From positions 720,001 through 752,000 of the forward strand of contig NC_003272.1 in NCBI RefSeq assembly GCF_000009705.1: a stretch of 32,000 bases of DNA. The letters run 5' to 3'. The position numbers and the translations under genes are program-made. Below the pieces are notes generated by a model. The model had not been told where the DNA came from. It saw only the letters and a list, made by a program, of their open reading frames with translations, and searched no databases. Shown one piece after another: positions 31,932-32,000 of the stretch (the first letter of the stretch is position 1; each line of letters starts with the position of its first letter). This stretch comes from Nostoc sp. PCC 7120 = FACHB-418 (GTDB lineage: Bacteria > Cyanobacteriota > Cyanobacteriia > Cyanobacteriales > Nostocaceae).

Positions 31932-32000
31932 GATTGACTGTAGCTGGGTTAGTCCTGAAATTGATGAGCCAAAGCCTAAATCTTTGGCAACAATGTTTAC

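Noticed and set aside
1-32000. Scan for tRNA, rRNA, tmRNA, transposase, integrase and recombinase genes
   Set aside because: I found no T-loop-like GGTTCGAATCC-type motifs in a tRNA context, no rRNA-like conserved blocks, and no ORF with DDE or tyrosine/serine-recombinase motifs. This was an eye scan only; tRNAscan-SE or Infernal would settle it.

Overview
This looks like a chromosomal segment from a filamentous Nostoc/Anabaena-type cyanobacterium. I count about 34 copies of the HIP1 palindrome GCGATCGC by eye, against roughly 0.5 expected by chance in 32 kb. There are many heptanucleotide STRR-like arrays in intergenic spacers, and the cyanobacterial genes thf1 and cpcT are present. About 27 credible CDS are mostly ordinary core functions: glcE/glcF, a CAX antiporter, a GH57 glycoside hydrolase, ppsA, a universal stress protein, three sensor histidine kinases, an MsbA-like ABC exporter, exbB/exbD, two methyltransferases and a STAS protein. 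I saw no rRNA, tRNA, CRISPR array, transposase or integrase.

The region that looks accessory is about 10.4-13.4 kb, which is AT-rich and flanked by repeats. It holds a KGK-domain gene translationally coupled (ATGA overlap) to an 81-aa HNH nuclease, followed by a small membrane ORF. Upstream are a second, diverged KGK paralogue and a secreted Cys-rich protein with three 47-aa tandem repeats. This KGK-HNH cassette is my best candidate for an uncharacterised toxin/immunity or defence-type system.

Other notable points:
- A PD-(D/E)xK-like nuclease domain fused to 8 TPR repeats (570-2213).
- An in-frame STRR1-like heptamer array inside ppsA.
- STRR-built hairpins sitting between convergent genes.
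- A decayed histidine-kinase C-terminal remnant upstream of the hybrid kinase.
- An ExbD with a long proline-rich tail.

All family assignments come from motif recognition by eye. No database search was run.
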